Source: Candidatus Doudnabacteria bacterium RIFCSPHIGHO2_02_FULL_42_25 (GTDB taxonomy: Bacteria > Patescibacteriota > Doudnabacteria > UBA920 > O2-02-FULL-48-8). Taken from it: 64,000 nucleotides of DNA. Below the pieces are notes generated by a model, which searched no databases, was not told the DNA's origin, and saw only the letters and a program-made list of their open reading frames with translations. Location: NCBI GenBank assembly GCA_001777665.1, contig MFEQ01000005.1, forward strand, positions 13,673 through 77,672, given 5' to 3'. This document shows positions 49,091-57,265 of this stretch, one piece after another (position 1 is the first letter of the stretch; every line of letters starts with the position of its first letter). The position numbers were made by a program, and so were the translations under genes.

Positions 49091-50218
49091 TCAAACGATT
49101 CTATCAATAATTCCACCGCCTAGCAACTCCTCCCCACTATAAACAACAGCTGCCTGTCCAGCAGTAATCGCCCTCTGCGGTTCATCAAATGTTATTTCTA
49201 GAATGTTCTTTGTTACGTGTTCCTTGATACGTGCTTCGTAGTCTGGATGATGATATCGAATCGATACTCCGGTTCGGAGTGGTAGCACAGGCTTTTCTCC
49301 TACCCAAGTCACATCGGTTATAGTGAATTCTTTTTTCCAAAGTTCTTGATCTTCCTTGTTATTGGTCACGATTAGCTTGTTGGCTTTTAAATCTTTATTG
49401 ACGACGTAGTAGGGTCCCTGACCTCCTAAACGCATTCCTTCTCTTTGACCGATAGTGTAATATGGCAACCCATCGTGACTTCCTAAAACCTGCCCAGACG
49501 TTGTGACGATTTCACCTACTTGAGCTTTGATATGAGCTTTCAGAAATTCAGTTACATTAATTTTGCCGATAAAACAAATGCCCTGCGAATCTTTTTTCGC
49601 AGCATTTGGTAGTTTAAATTTCTTGGCCAGTTCTCGCACTTCAGATTTCTTGAGATATCCGATAGGGAATAAAATTTTAGCCAATTGTTCTTGTTTCAAT
49701 GTATATAAAAAGTAGCTTTGATCCTTCGACGGATCAACGCCTTTGAGTAATCGGTATGTTACGTGTTTCGTGTTACGTGTTTCGTGAACCCGCGCATAAT
49801 GCCCTGTCGCTACAAAATCGGCGCCTAAATTTAGGGCTCGATTCATGAACACTTTAAATTTAATTTCTGTGTTGCACATCACATCCGGATTTGGGGTTCT
49901 GCCTGCGGCATATTCTTTCAAAAAGTATTCGACAACTTTGCTGTAGTATTCTTTTTCGAAATCCCAAACATAAAATGGGATGTCGAGAAGATTGGCGACT
50001 TTCCGAGCGTCTTCAGAATCTTGCGCCCAAGTACAGCCATAATCGCCCGTCCGCCACGGCTTCGCCGAAGGCGTGCCGGGCGGGCCGAAGTCCTCACTCC
50101 AGTTTTTCATAAAAACCCCAATCACATCAAAGCCTTGCTTTTTCAGCAAAGCAGCAGTGACGGATGAGTCTACTCCCCCACTCATCCCGACAATTACGGT
50201 TTTTTTCTTGCGATTCAT
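49091..50218 (-). CDS. mnmA: tRNA 2-thiouridylase MnmA
   Basis: SGGVDSS, TPNPDVMCN, ATGHY, KDQSYFL, DSQGICF. True start is ATG 50218. Confidence 0.99.
   Translation of the reverse strand: MNRKKKTVIVGMSGGVDSSVTAALLKKQGFDVIGVFMKNWSEDFGPPGTPSAKPWRTGDYGCTWAQDSEDARKVANLLDIPFYVWDFEKEYYSKVVEYFLKEYAAGRTPNPDVMCNTEIKFKVFMNRALNLGADFVATGHYARVHETRNTKHVTYRLLKGVDPSKDQSYFLYTLKQEQLAKILFPIGYLKKSEVRELAKKFKLPNAAKKDSQGICFIGKINVTEFLKAHIKAQVGEIVTTSGQVLGSHDGLPYYTIGQREGMRLGGQGPYYVVNKDLKANKLIVTNNKEDQELWKKEFTITDVTWVGEKPVLPLRTGVSIRYHHPDYEARIKEHVTKNILEITFDEPQRAITAGQAAVVYSGEELLGGGIIDRIV
50045..50086. repeat. GC-rich palindrome inserted in-frame in mnmA (+39 nt)
   Basis: GCC direct repeats flank a 36-nt hairpin; adds PPGTPSAKPWRTG. 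Confidence 0.85.
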
Positions 50219-50267
50219 GGCTAAAAGTATAGCAAAATCGTGAAGCTTTGTCATCCTCCAGCGCCTA

Positions 50268-50379
50268 ACCATTTCGACCAAAAGGAGAAATCGCTCCTTC
50301 GAGAATTGGTCCTCAGAAGAGCGATCTCCCCGCCTGCCACGCCGGCATGGCGGGCAGGTCGCTAATCGCTCGAGATGGT
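50268..50379. repeat. REP-like element with nested 26-nt GC palindrome
   Basis: ACCATTTCGA..TCGAGATGGT termini; CCTGCC..GGCAGG at 50333-50358. Confidence 0.8.
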
Positions 50380-50440
50380 ATCTAGGGGAGGAACAACTGC
50401 GAATGCAAAAAGAAAAGGGAAAGAGGCAGGTCTTTCCCAA

Positions 50441-50722
50441 TTAGGACAGCAAGTTGCGTTCGCGGATGCAGCGGAGAACCACTGCTTGATAGAGCTCGTC
50501 TTCCAGAGGCTTCCACGGTGCAGAGAGTTCCCCTTTGTCGTTGAAGGTTCTGTAGGGAACAAGCTGGCCGTAGACGAAGAGCGCCGTCTGGTCTTCCACG
50601 AAATCGTACCCTGGTACTCCGCCGATCACCATGAAGCCGCTCCCGAACACTAGACCGCGAGCTTCTCGAAAGGCTTCCACAGAGCTCACGATCGCGCGAA
50701 AATTCTCGGTCTCGACAAACAT
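50441..50722 (-). CDS. Hypothetical protein (SD-led, GC-richer)
   Basis: AAGGAGG SD; followed by a GGGAAAGA/TCTTTCCC terminator. Confidence 0.7.
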   Translation of the reverse strand: MFVETENFRAIVSSVEAFREARGLVFGSGFMVIGGVPGYDFVEDQTALFVYGQLVPYRTFNDKGELSAPWKPLEDELYQAVVLRCIRERNLLS

Positions 50723-50743
50723 GACTCCTCCTTCCAGAATCCA

Positions 50744-51493
50744 CTACAACTTACGCCATAGAGATTCGAAGATCTGTCTTTGCGTTACATAGATGTCGGG
50801 ATTTTCGATAATGACACCAAACGGAATGCCCGTATGGTCCAATCCGACGTGTGCCACTTTGTCTTTATATATAAATTCGTGGGTGATGGATGATGAATTC
50901 TCGTCTTTTGTCAGCCATTTGCGTTGATCCAACCCCACTGTCTCGCCACCTTGGCCCATGGAAATTGTTTTGACTTTAATATCCTTTTCTTTTCGTTTGT
51001 CGTTAAAAAGTGGAAAGTCAGAGTAGATCGCCTCACGTTCTTTGGCTGTGGCAGATGAGTAGACATAGTATTCTTTTATTTTTTGCTCCTTCATAGTATT
51101 CAAAATGTCTTCAAGAATTTTTTTCACTCCTTTTGAGCCTTCATAGACTCGAATTGAAGGTTTCCCTCCTTGCTGAACAAACATTGTCTTTAATTCAGGC
51201 AATTTTTGTGTAATCCCAACCTTCAATCGTTGCAGCTTCATCTGCTTGTCTTCCACAGCTTCTATTAATCGCTCCGGCGGTTCAGCCGCGAAATGATGTT
51301 TCCCTTTGCGGTAAAAAGAAGCCAAACCCAGATTGACTAAGTTTTTGAGAAGGTCATAGGCAGTACCTCGATTGATACTCGCTTTTCTAGCCACAGCTCT
51401 AGCTGGTGCAGGCCCCAATTCTAGAAGCGACAAGTATACTGCGCTTTCTTTATCAGAAAGTCCAAATTCAGTTAATATAGCTTTTAATTCCAT
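50744..51493 (-). CDS. TrmB family transcriptional regulator
   Basis: GLS.KE..VY..LL.LG HTH, YEG..G, FE.LW. Confidence 0.92.
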   Translation of the reverse strand: MELKAILTEFGLSDKESAVYLSLLELGPAPARAVARKASINRGTAYDLLKNLVNLGLASFYRKGKHHFAAEPPERLIEAVEDKQMKLQRLKVGITQKLPELKTMFVQQGGKPSIRVYEGSKGVKKILEDILNTMKEQKIKEYYVYSSATAKEREAIYSDFPLFNDKRKEKDIKVKTISMGQGGETVGLDQRKWLTKDENSSSITHEFIYKDKVAHVGLDHTGIPFGVIIENPDIYVTQRQIFESLWRKL

Positions 51494-51560
51494 AGTTATA
51501 ATCTTAAAGATTGGGTCAATAATGTCAAAGCATTCACGACAATTCGTTTCAAAGCGCTAA

Positions 51561-51589
51561 AATAAGCCAACTTTTTGTTGGCTTATTTT
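51561..51589. terminator. Hairpin terminator
   Basis: AATAAGCCAAC-ttttt-GTTGGCTTATT. Confidence 0.75.
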
Positions 51590-51613
51590 CTACACTTTCT
51601 TAGTTATCAACAG

Positions 51614-53383
51614 TTAAAATTGAATTTTATCTCCTGGTTTCAGCGTCCCATGTTGCTCTGGTTGGGTTTGCGGCGCTGGTGCTGGAGGTGCAGGTTGCTT
51701 TGGTGGAGATGGTGCCACTACAACCGGCTTTCGGGGAGCTTCTTGAGGTTTTGCAGGTTGGATTGAATGCTCTATAGATTTTCCCAGATCATCCAAACGA
51801 TCCTGCAACTTTTCTTTTGTTAGCTTATTCACAGTTTCCCAAACAGGATTTTCTTTCTTTGGTTTATCCGATGCACGTCTTTGAAAGTTAGTTTCAGGTC
51901 TTCGTCTTCGTTCTTCCGGTCGTCTTTCTGCAACAGGGGGTGCAATTCGATCAGTTCGAGGAGCGGCAGGAGCTGATTCACGAATTTGCTGTGGGGTGCC
52001 AGTTATCTTTCGTTCTTGATATCGAAAATTTTCTTGCATATCTTCTTGTTCCATAGCTCCGCTCTCCACAGCCGCCGCTTCAGCATGAAATTCAGCACCC
52101 ATCCATCGATTAATCTTTTCTTCGACTATTGATCGTTCAACTGCATATCGCTCCCTTGAAACTTTTATTACTTTATCCCTGTTCTCGGTTGCTTCAGAGA
52201 TTGGAGCCAGGGTCGTGGCTGAAAACGGAGTGGATGATACACCGTTGATCATCAGCTTCAGATAAATATGAAATTTAGTTAGGTTGACCAAATCATTTAA
52301 CAAATACGTCGGGTCAAATTCTTTTTCTAGAAACTCTGCATCGTCAGCACCAACTCGAAAACAAATTAAGGTTCCGACGTTACCAAAAATCGCATCACGA
52401 ACTACAGTGTTTCGGTCTTGGACCAATTGGCCGATATATTGGTGCGCGACGATCAAATTCAGCCGATACTTTCTAGCTTCGGAAAGAATATTCGCAAATG
52501 ATTCAGTGGCAAAATTCTGGAACTCATCGACATAAAGATAAAAATCTTTTCGTTGCTCTTCGGGAATATCGACGCGGCTCATGGCAGCTAACTGCAATTT
52601 CGTAATAATCATAGCACCCAAAAGAGCTGAGTTGTCCTCACCGATTCTTCCTTTGGAAAGGTTGATAAGGAAGATTTTTTGGTTATCCATAATATCTCGG
52701 AGATCGATGGAACTTTTCGTTTGTCCGACAATATTGCGGATAATAGCAGACGACAAAAATTGACCAACTTTGTTCTGGATTGGAGCTATCGCTTCGTTTC
52801 GAAACTTGTCATTGTAGTTGGCAAATTCATCAACCCAGAATGATTTGACCACCGGATCTTTAATGTTATCAACTATCCTTTTCCGATAATTTTTATTGAC
52901 CAACATCCGCGCAATACCAAGCAAGGTATTTCCCGGAGAATCCAGCAAAGCCAAAATGGTATTGTTGAGGATATATTCCATACGAGCGCTCCAGACTCCA
53001 GCCCAAATTTTCGTAAATACACCCATAAGTCCGGATGCGACTAAGTGCTTGTATTTTGGATCTACTGATTCCAAAGGATTGAAAGCAATGGGAAAATCGC
53101 TATCCGCAGGGTTGAGATAGACCACATCGTTGACGCGATTGGATGGAATGTAATCCAAAACCTTTTCCACGGAATCTCCGTGAGGGTCAACAAAAGCAAC
53201 ACCTTTTCCAGCTAAAATATCTTGAATAACCATGTTTTCGATCAGTGTGGTTTTGCCCATACCTGTTTTCCCGATGATGTACATGTGTCGTCTGCGGTCA
53301 TCCTGACGAATACCAAAAGCAACTTCCTTATTCCGGAAATTTGTTTTGGCAAACAGTGTTATATCGTTGTCATTGTCTGGCAT
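51614..53383 (-). CDS. VirD4/TrwB/HerA-like ATPase (DUF87)
   Basis: RRRHMYIIGKTGMGKT, DPHGD, YVDEFQNF, SEARKY. Confidence 0.9.
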   Translation of the reverse strand: MPDNDNDITLFAKTNFRNKEVAFGIRQDDRRRHMYIIGKTGMGKTTLIENMVIQDILAGKGVAFVDPHGDSVEKVLDYIPSNRVNDVVYLNPADSDFPIAFNPLESVDPKYKHLVASGLMGVFTKIWAGVWSARMEYILNNTILALLDSPGNTLLGIARMLVNKNYRKRIVDNIKDPVVKSFWVDEFANYNDKFRNEAIAPIQNKVGQFLSSAIIRNIVGQTKSSIDLRDIMDNQKIFLINLSKGRIGEDNSALLGAMIITKLQLAAMSRVDIPEEQRKDFYLYVDEFQNFATESFANILSEARKYRLNLIVAHQYIGQLVQDRNTVVRDAIFGNVGTLICFRVGADDAEFLEKEFDPTYLLNDLVNLTKFHIYLKLMINGVSSTPFSATTLAPISEATENRDKVIKVSRERYAVERSIVEEKINRWMGAEFHAEAAAVESGAMEQEDMQENFRYQERKITGTPQQIRESAPAAPRTDRIAPPVAERRPEERRRRPETNFQRRASDKPKKENPVWETVNKLTKEKLQDRLDDLGKSIEHSIQPAKPQEAPRKPVVVAPSPPKQPAPPAPAPQTQPEQHGTLKPGDKIQF

Positions 53384-53387
53384 TCGT

Positions 53388-54704
53388 TTATAGGTTCCCT
53401 ATTGGTAAATCCATTGGAGGTGCGGATTTCACTGTATGGACTTTTTCTAATTGTGAAAGTCTGGTATGGGGTGTTTGTGGGAAATGAAAAATTGTTGCCA
53501 ATTCTTCAGAATTGAGGATTGTTTCTCCACTACCCCGCCAATTACTTCGAGGAATAAAGTTGTGAAGAAAATGCCGTTTCCGTTTTAATATATGCCATTC
53601 CAAATAAGGCCTTTCCAAGCGTTCAGAAATTTTATACGCCTTATCTGTCCAAGTATGCCCAATGTCGGGCTTTAATCCGTTCAAATTAACATCATCAAAA
53701 TTCCGAACAGCGCCAACAAATTCTGGGACCCTCAAGCTTTTATTAAATTTACCTTTTGGCGCCAGATACAGCCCTCTCACTTTTGCATTGTAACCTACTT
53801 TTGAAAGACCGTGTTGGATCGATGTAATGATAGACTTTTCAATATCAGTGCGGTGAAGCATTAAACTCGGATCTTCTTTTTTAGGTTCTTGTTTTCTCGC
53901 CTTCGGGTCAGGAGGATTTAAAAATGCATCCATAACATCGCCTAGAAATTTCAAAGGGGCAATCAATATTGTCATCCACAGTGACTCATCATGTTTAGCC
54001 GGAACTCCTTTTAGTTCATCAACCAAATGTGCCGCATGTTCTTTCCAGTCATCATTGACTGGCTTTATGACTATCTGCCAAACCATCAACTCATGAGGCT
54101 GTAAACTACTCATGGCTTCAATTAAATTCGAAATAGGGTCGACAAATGTTTCTTGAGCCGAATGCTCAAAAGAAGTATCTTGATAGTATGTCCGGATTGG
54201 GTATGCATTTTCTTTTTTCTTGTTCCACTGTGTTCCCCAAAACTCAAAGTCTGCAGTTTCTGGATCATAGTGGTGTGGTAAGTTCTTCAAATAATCTTCA
54301 ACTTCAAAAATTTCTGCTTTAGGGTATTGAGCAAACACCGCGCTTTCAAAAAGATTTCGATATCGTTCTGGAAGTTTGAAAATGTATGAGACCTTCCCCC
54401 CCAAACTCACAATCTCGCATGACAAATACAAAACTGTTTTGCCATTTAAGTCTTCTCCCCATGTAAAATTCTGGTGGATCGCATGAAGAGCAGTAAAAAC
54501 TTGTTCCATGGCAAGGGGTGATTTTTCATTAAGTTCATCCACTTTAACTTCTAAAAAAATCTGTTTAACAGAATCCATGTATGCCGTCCGATTGTTATCC
54601 CGTTTTAACCACCAAAACATCCAAATCAAAGCACCCAAATAAATGGTCCAGCCAAACCAGCGGACCATGATTAACTCTATTAGTTCAAAGATTTCACTCC
54701 ACAT
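53388..54704 (-). CDS. Membrane-anchored partner of the ATPase
   Basis: N-terminal TM helix, AQYP.AEI.EV.DY, YPIRTY, EELATIFHFP. Confidence 0.75.
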   Translation of the reverse strand: MWSEIFELIELIMVRWFGWTIYLGALIWMFWWLKRDNNRTAYMDSVKQIFLEVKVDELNEKSPLAMEQVFTALHAIHQNFTWGEDLNGKTVLYLSCEIVSLGGKVSYIFKLPERYRNLFESAVFAQYPKAEIFEVEDYLKNLPHHYDPETADFEFWGTQWNKKKENAYPIRTYYQDTSFEHSAQETFVDPISNLIEAMSSLQPHELMVWQIVIKPVNDDWKEHAAHLVDELKGVPAKHDESLWMTILIAPLKFLGDVMDAFLNPPDPKARKQEPKKEDPSLMLHRTDIEKSIITSIQHGLSKVGYNAKVRGLYLAPKGKFNKSLRVPEFVGAVRNFDDVNLNGLKPDIGHTWTDKAYKISERLERPYLEWHILKRKRHFLHNFIPRSNWRGSGETILNSEELATIFHFPQTPHTRLSQLEKVHTVKSAPPMDLPIGNL

Positions 54705-55806
54705 TGTTTGCTAAAGCGTATTTATCCTTTCCAACTTTTTGGAAATTTTTACGGTTACTTAGTCCGACTAAAATTGTGTTTCTTTTGACTTGACGTCTTT
54801 TCATCACTTCGTTGATAATTTCATCCCTTGTTAGCGGACGATTGAACGATATCAATATTTCCTTAATCACATCCGCCACTACTCCCCGCTTGTACCCCCA
54901 TTCAGTCAGGGCGTAAATCCCCCGACCAATCAAAACAAACCGGCTATCTTTAATCAGCTCATTGTGCACAGTTTCTTGGTATGCGGTTCGGTTATCAAAT
55001 TTATTATCATTAATGAGTTTCGTAATTTCCGAATAATGTTCGGGTTTGCCATGATGTTTCAAAACCAAATAAGCTTTATCACCGACATCACGAGGCCTGA
55101 CTTCATTCCAATTTTTGAGTCCGATTTCATTGTACGGATTGATCTGGATCGACTTCGCGACACTTAAATAACTCTTCAACACCCGGTCAGTTAGCTCCAT
55201 TTGGTGTTGTTTATAAAAATCTGTTTCTTTGAATTGCTGATACAGCTCATCCTGGCTGATGACATGACCTGTTGTCGTTAAAATCTTTTCAAACTCGGCC
55301 AATACCTGTTCCAGTTTTGATAAATCAAATCCAGCAATGTGCCAAGCTTCCAAATATTCGGAACTGTCGCCCAAATTTTTGAATTGAGAACTCAAACTCA
55401 ACAGAAACTTGATCGATTGACGTTCTTTAAAATCCGTCTTCCCGACCTGTAATATCTGCATCAAATATTCTTCGCTGACGATATTCCCATGCTCCTTTAC
55501 AGTATCAAAAATCAGTTGGACCGCTGTGTCTAATTCTGGAATATTTTGTTTCTTTAGAAAATTGAGCGAATCTTTTTCGATCTGCCTGACTCTTTCTCTG
55601 GTCAAGCTGTGTTTTTTCCCGATTCCTTCCAAAGTTTCCATTTCTGATCCGGCCAAACCAAATCTTTTGGCAACTATCTCCCGATCCCGTTCTTTGAGTA
55701 AAGCCAGGAGATTATTTACCAACGTGGTTGGTTGGAATTCATTCAGACTATTTTGAGTCTGTGACCCCATGATTTTATCCAAAATATTCGAATTTGTTTC
55801 CATCAT
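54694..55806 (-). CDS. Sigma70 region 4 plus winged-HTH (RNAP delta/HARE-HTH-like) protein
   Basis: TLEGIG..LTRERVRQIE; HNELIKD.RFVLIGRGIYAL.EWG. Confidence 0.85.
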   Translation of the reverse strand: MMETNSNILDKIMGSQTQNSLNEFQPTTLVNNLLALLKERDREIVAKRFGLAGSEMETLEGIGKKHSLTRERVRQIEKDSLNFLKKQNIPELDTAVQLIFDTVKEHGNIVSEEYLMQILQVGKTDFKERQSIKFLLSLSSQFKNLGDSSEYLEAWHIAGFDLSKLEQVLAEFEKILTTTGHVISQDELYQQFKETDFYKQHQMELTDRVLKSYLSVAKSIQINPYNEIGLKNWNEVRPRDVGDKAYLVLKHHGKPEHYSEITKLINDNKFDNRTAYQETVHNELIKDSRFVLIGRGIYALTEWGYKRGVVADVIKEILISFNRPLTRDEIINEVMKRRQVKRNTILVGLSNRKNFQKVGKDKYALANNVE

Positions 55807-55899
55807 GCGGATACTTCAAAATTTATGCCTAAAGTATAGCACAAATTCCGGATTCTGTCAAGAGTTGCAAATTCAAGTGGTTTGTAGCATACTTTATCC

Positions 55900-56184
55900 A
55901 TGAACAAAAACCCCGAGGCAGGACAACATTTTCGTCCGAAAGACGAGCGGGAACGTGTTGGTGAGGAGGAGTGCTCGCGTTGCGGCAACGCTAAAAGCTT
56001 GCGCAGCTGTCAGGTCTGTCGCAGCGAAATGATGCGACTCGACGCCAAAACCCACACAAGCCGTAACCGAGAGCTCTCTGACGAACCCACGTCCTCACCC
56101 GAGGACTCGACTACACCTCCAATCAAAGGTTGGGGGCAACAACGACTGGACGAAACCAAGCGAAGGCTTGGAATCGGAACCTAA
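55900..56184 (+). CDS. Hypothetical protein with two CxxC motifs
   Basis: TTGCAA-17-CATACT lies 6 nt before the ATG; terminator follows. Confidence 0.6.
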   Translation: MNKNPEAGQHFRPKDERERVGEEECSRCGNAKSLRSCQVCRSEMMRLDAKTHTSRNRELSDEPTSSPEDSTTPPIKGWGQQRLDETKRRLGIGT

Positions 56185-56215
56185 AACCGCCCGGTTTCCC
56201 GAGCGGTCTTTTTTT
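56185..56215. terminator. Terminator between convergent genes
   Basis: ACCGC..GCGGT hairpin plus T-tract. Confidence 0.65.
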
Positions 56216-56216
56216 A

Positions 56217-57113
56217 TTATGCTCTGCGTTTCAAATCCCATTTATGCCAGATCAAAAGAATGGGACTGGCGATAAAAATCGAAGAGTAAGTTCCGGCCAC
56301 GATTCCGATCAGTAATGCCAGCACAAAATATCGAATCGTTTCTCCACCGAATAATAAAAGTGCTAAGAGAACGAACACAACAGTGGCAGATGTGTTAATT
56401 GATCGAACGATAGTTTGATTGATACTGTTTTCTATGATTTCAGCGAGTGGTTGTCCTGCACGGGTGCGGAGATTTTCTCGGATTCGGTCAAAGACGACGA
56501 TGGTGTCGTGGACTGAAAATCCTAAGACCGTAAGCATAGCTGTGACGAATAATCCATCAATTTCAACTCCAGCAAATTTACCTAATATTGCAAACACGCC
56601 TAGGACAATGACCAAATCGTGGAGCAGCGCTACAATCGCGGCAAATCCAAATCGCCAGGAAGAAACTGGCCTGGTGACTTTACGGAATGCGTAGGCGATA
56701 TATAGAATAATCCCCAATGAAACCAAACCTAGCTGGATAAATGCGCCAGAACGCAATTCTTTCCCAATAACCGGCCCAATCGAGGTGTATTGTTCCTCGG
56801 TCACAGTGCCGAATTTATCATTTATAACCTTCAGCAACCGGTCGTGCTCTTCTTTTTCTTGTGGACCGGTTCGGATGATTACAGATTTATCCCCTGCTGG
56901 CTGAACCGTGGCATCGCTAAAATTTTGTAGGTGCAACTCTGTCCGGATCTCGTTGATTAGTGGGCGCTCGGCAAATCCAACTTGTGTTAATGATCCGCCT
57001 TTAAAATCTATGCCGAGGTTTAATCCAAAAGCTGACAGTGCGACAACCCCTGCCAAAAATAAAACCAGCGATATCCCCATCCAAAATTTGTAGTATTTGA
57101 TAATATTAAACAT
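56217..57113 (-). CDS. secF: Protein translocase SecF
   Basis: GIDFKGG, IGPVIG.EL, GFSVHDTIVVFDRIRE. Confidence 0.98.
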   Translation of the reverse strand: MFNIIKYYKFWMGISLVLFLAGVVALSAFGLNLGIDFKGGSLTQVGFAERPLINEIRTELHLQNFSDATVQPAGDKSVIIRTGPQEKEEHDRLLKVINDKFGTVTEEQYTSIGPVIGKELRSGAFIQLGLVSLGIILYIAYAFRKVTRPVSSWRFGFAAIVALLHDLVIVLGVFAILGKFAGVEIDGLFVTAMLTVLGFSVHDTIVVFDRIRENLRTRAGQPLAEIIENSINQTIVRSINTSATVVFVLLALLLFGGETIRYFVLALLIGIVAGTYSSIFIASPILLIWHKWDLKRRA

Positions 57114-57261
57114 CCCAGTATATCAACTTCGATAATGGTTTTTGAGTTCGCTTTTGCGAATAAAAACCATGTTTAAATTTATTATTTTCTAAAATCATCG
57201 ATTTAAGATTAATTTTATCAAAAACCATTAACAGCAAAAGCATTGAAGTTGTATTACTGGG
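57114..57261. mobile_element. 148-bp MITE-like element with 3-bp CAT target duplication
   Basis: Terminal inverted repeats CCCAGTATATCAACTTCGAT and ATTGAAGTTGTATTACTGGG; CAT on both flanks. Confidence 0.8.
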
Positions 57262-57265
57262 CATT

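Noticed and set aside
50219-50440. N-terminal extension of MnmA in the ORF track
   Set aside because: It reads through repeat DNA. ATG 50218 has a -10 box 7 nt upstream and matches the family start.
51614-53383. Conjugative element
   Set aside because: No relaxase, oriT, other T4SS genes or boundaries; flanked by housekeeping genes.
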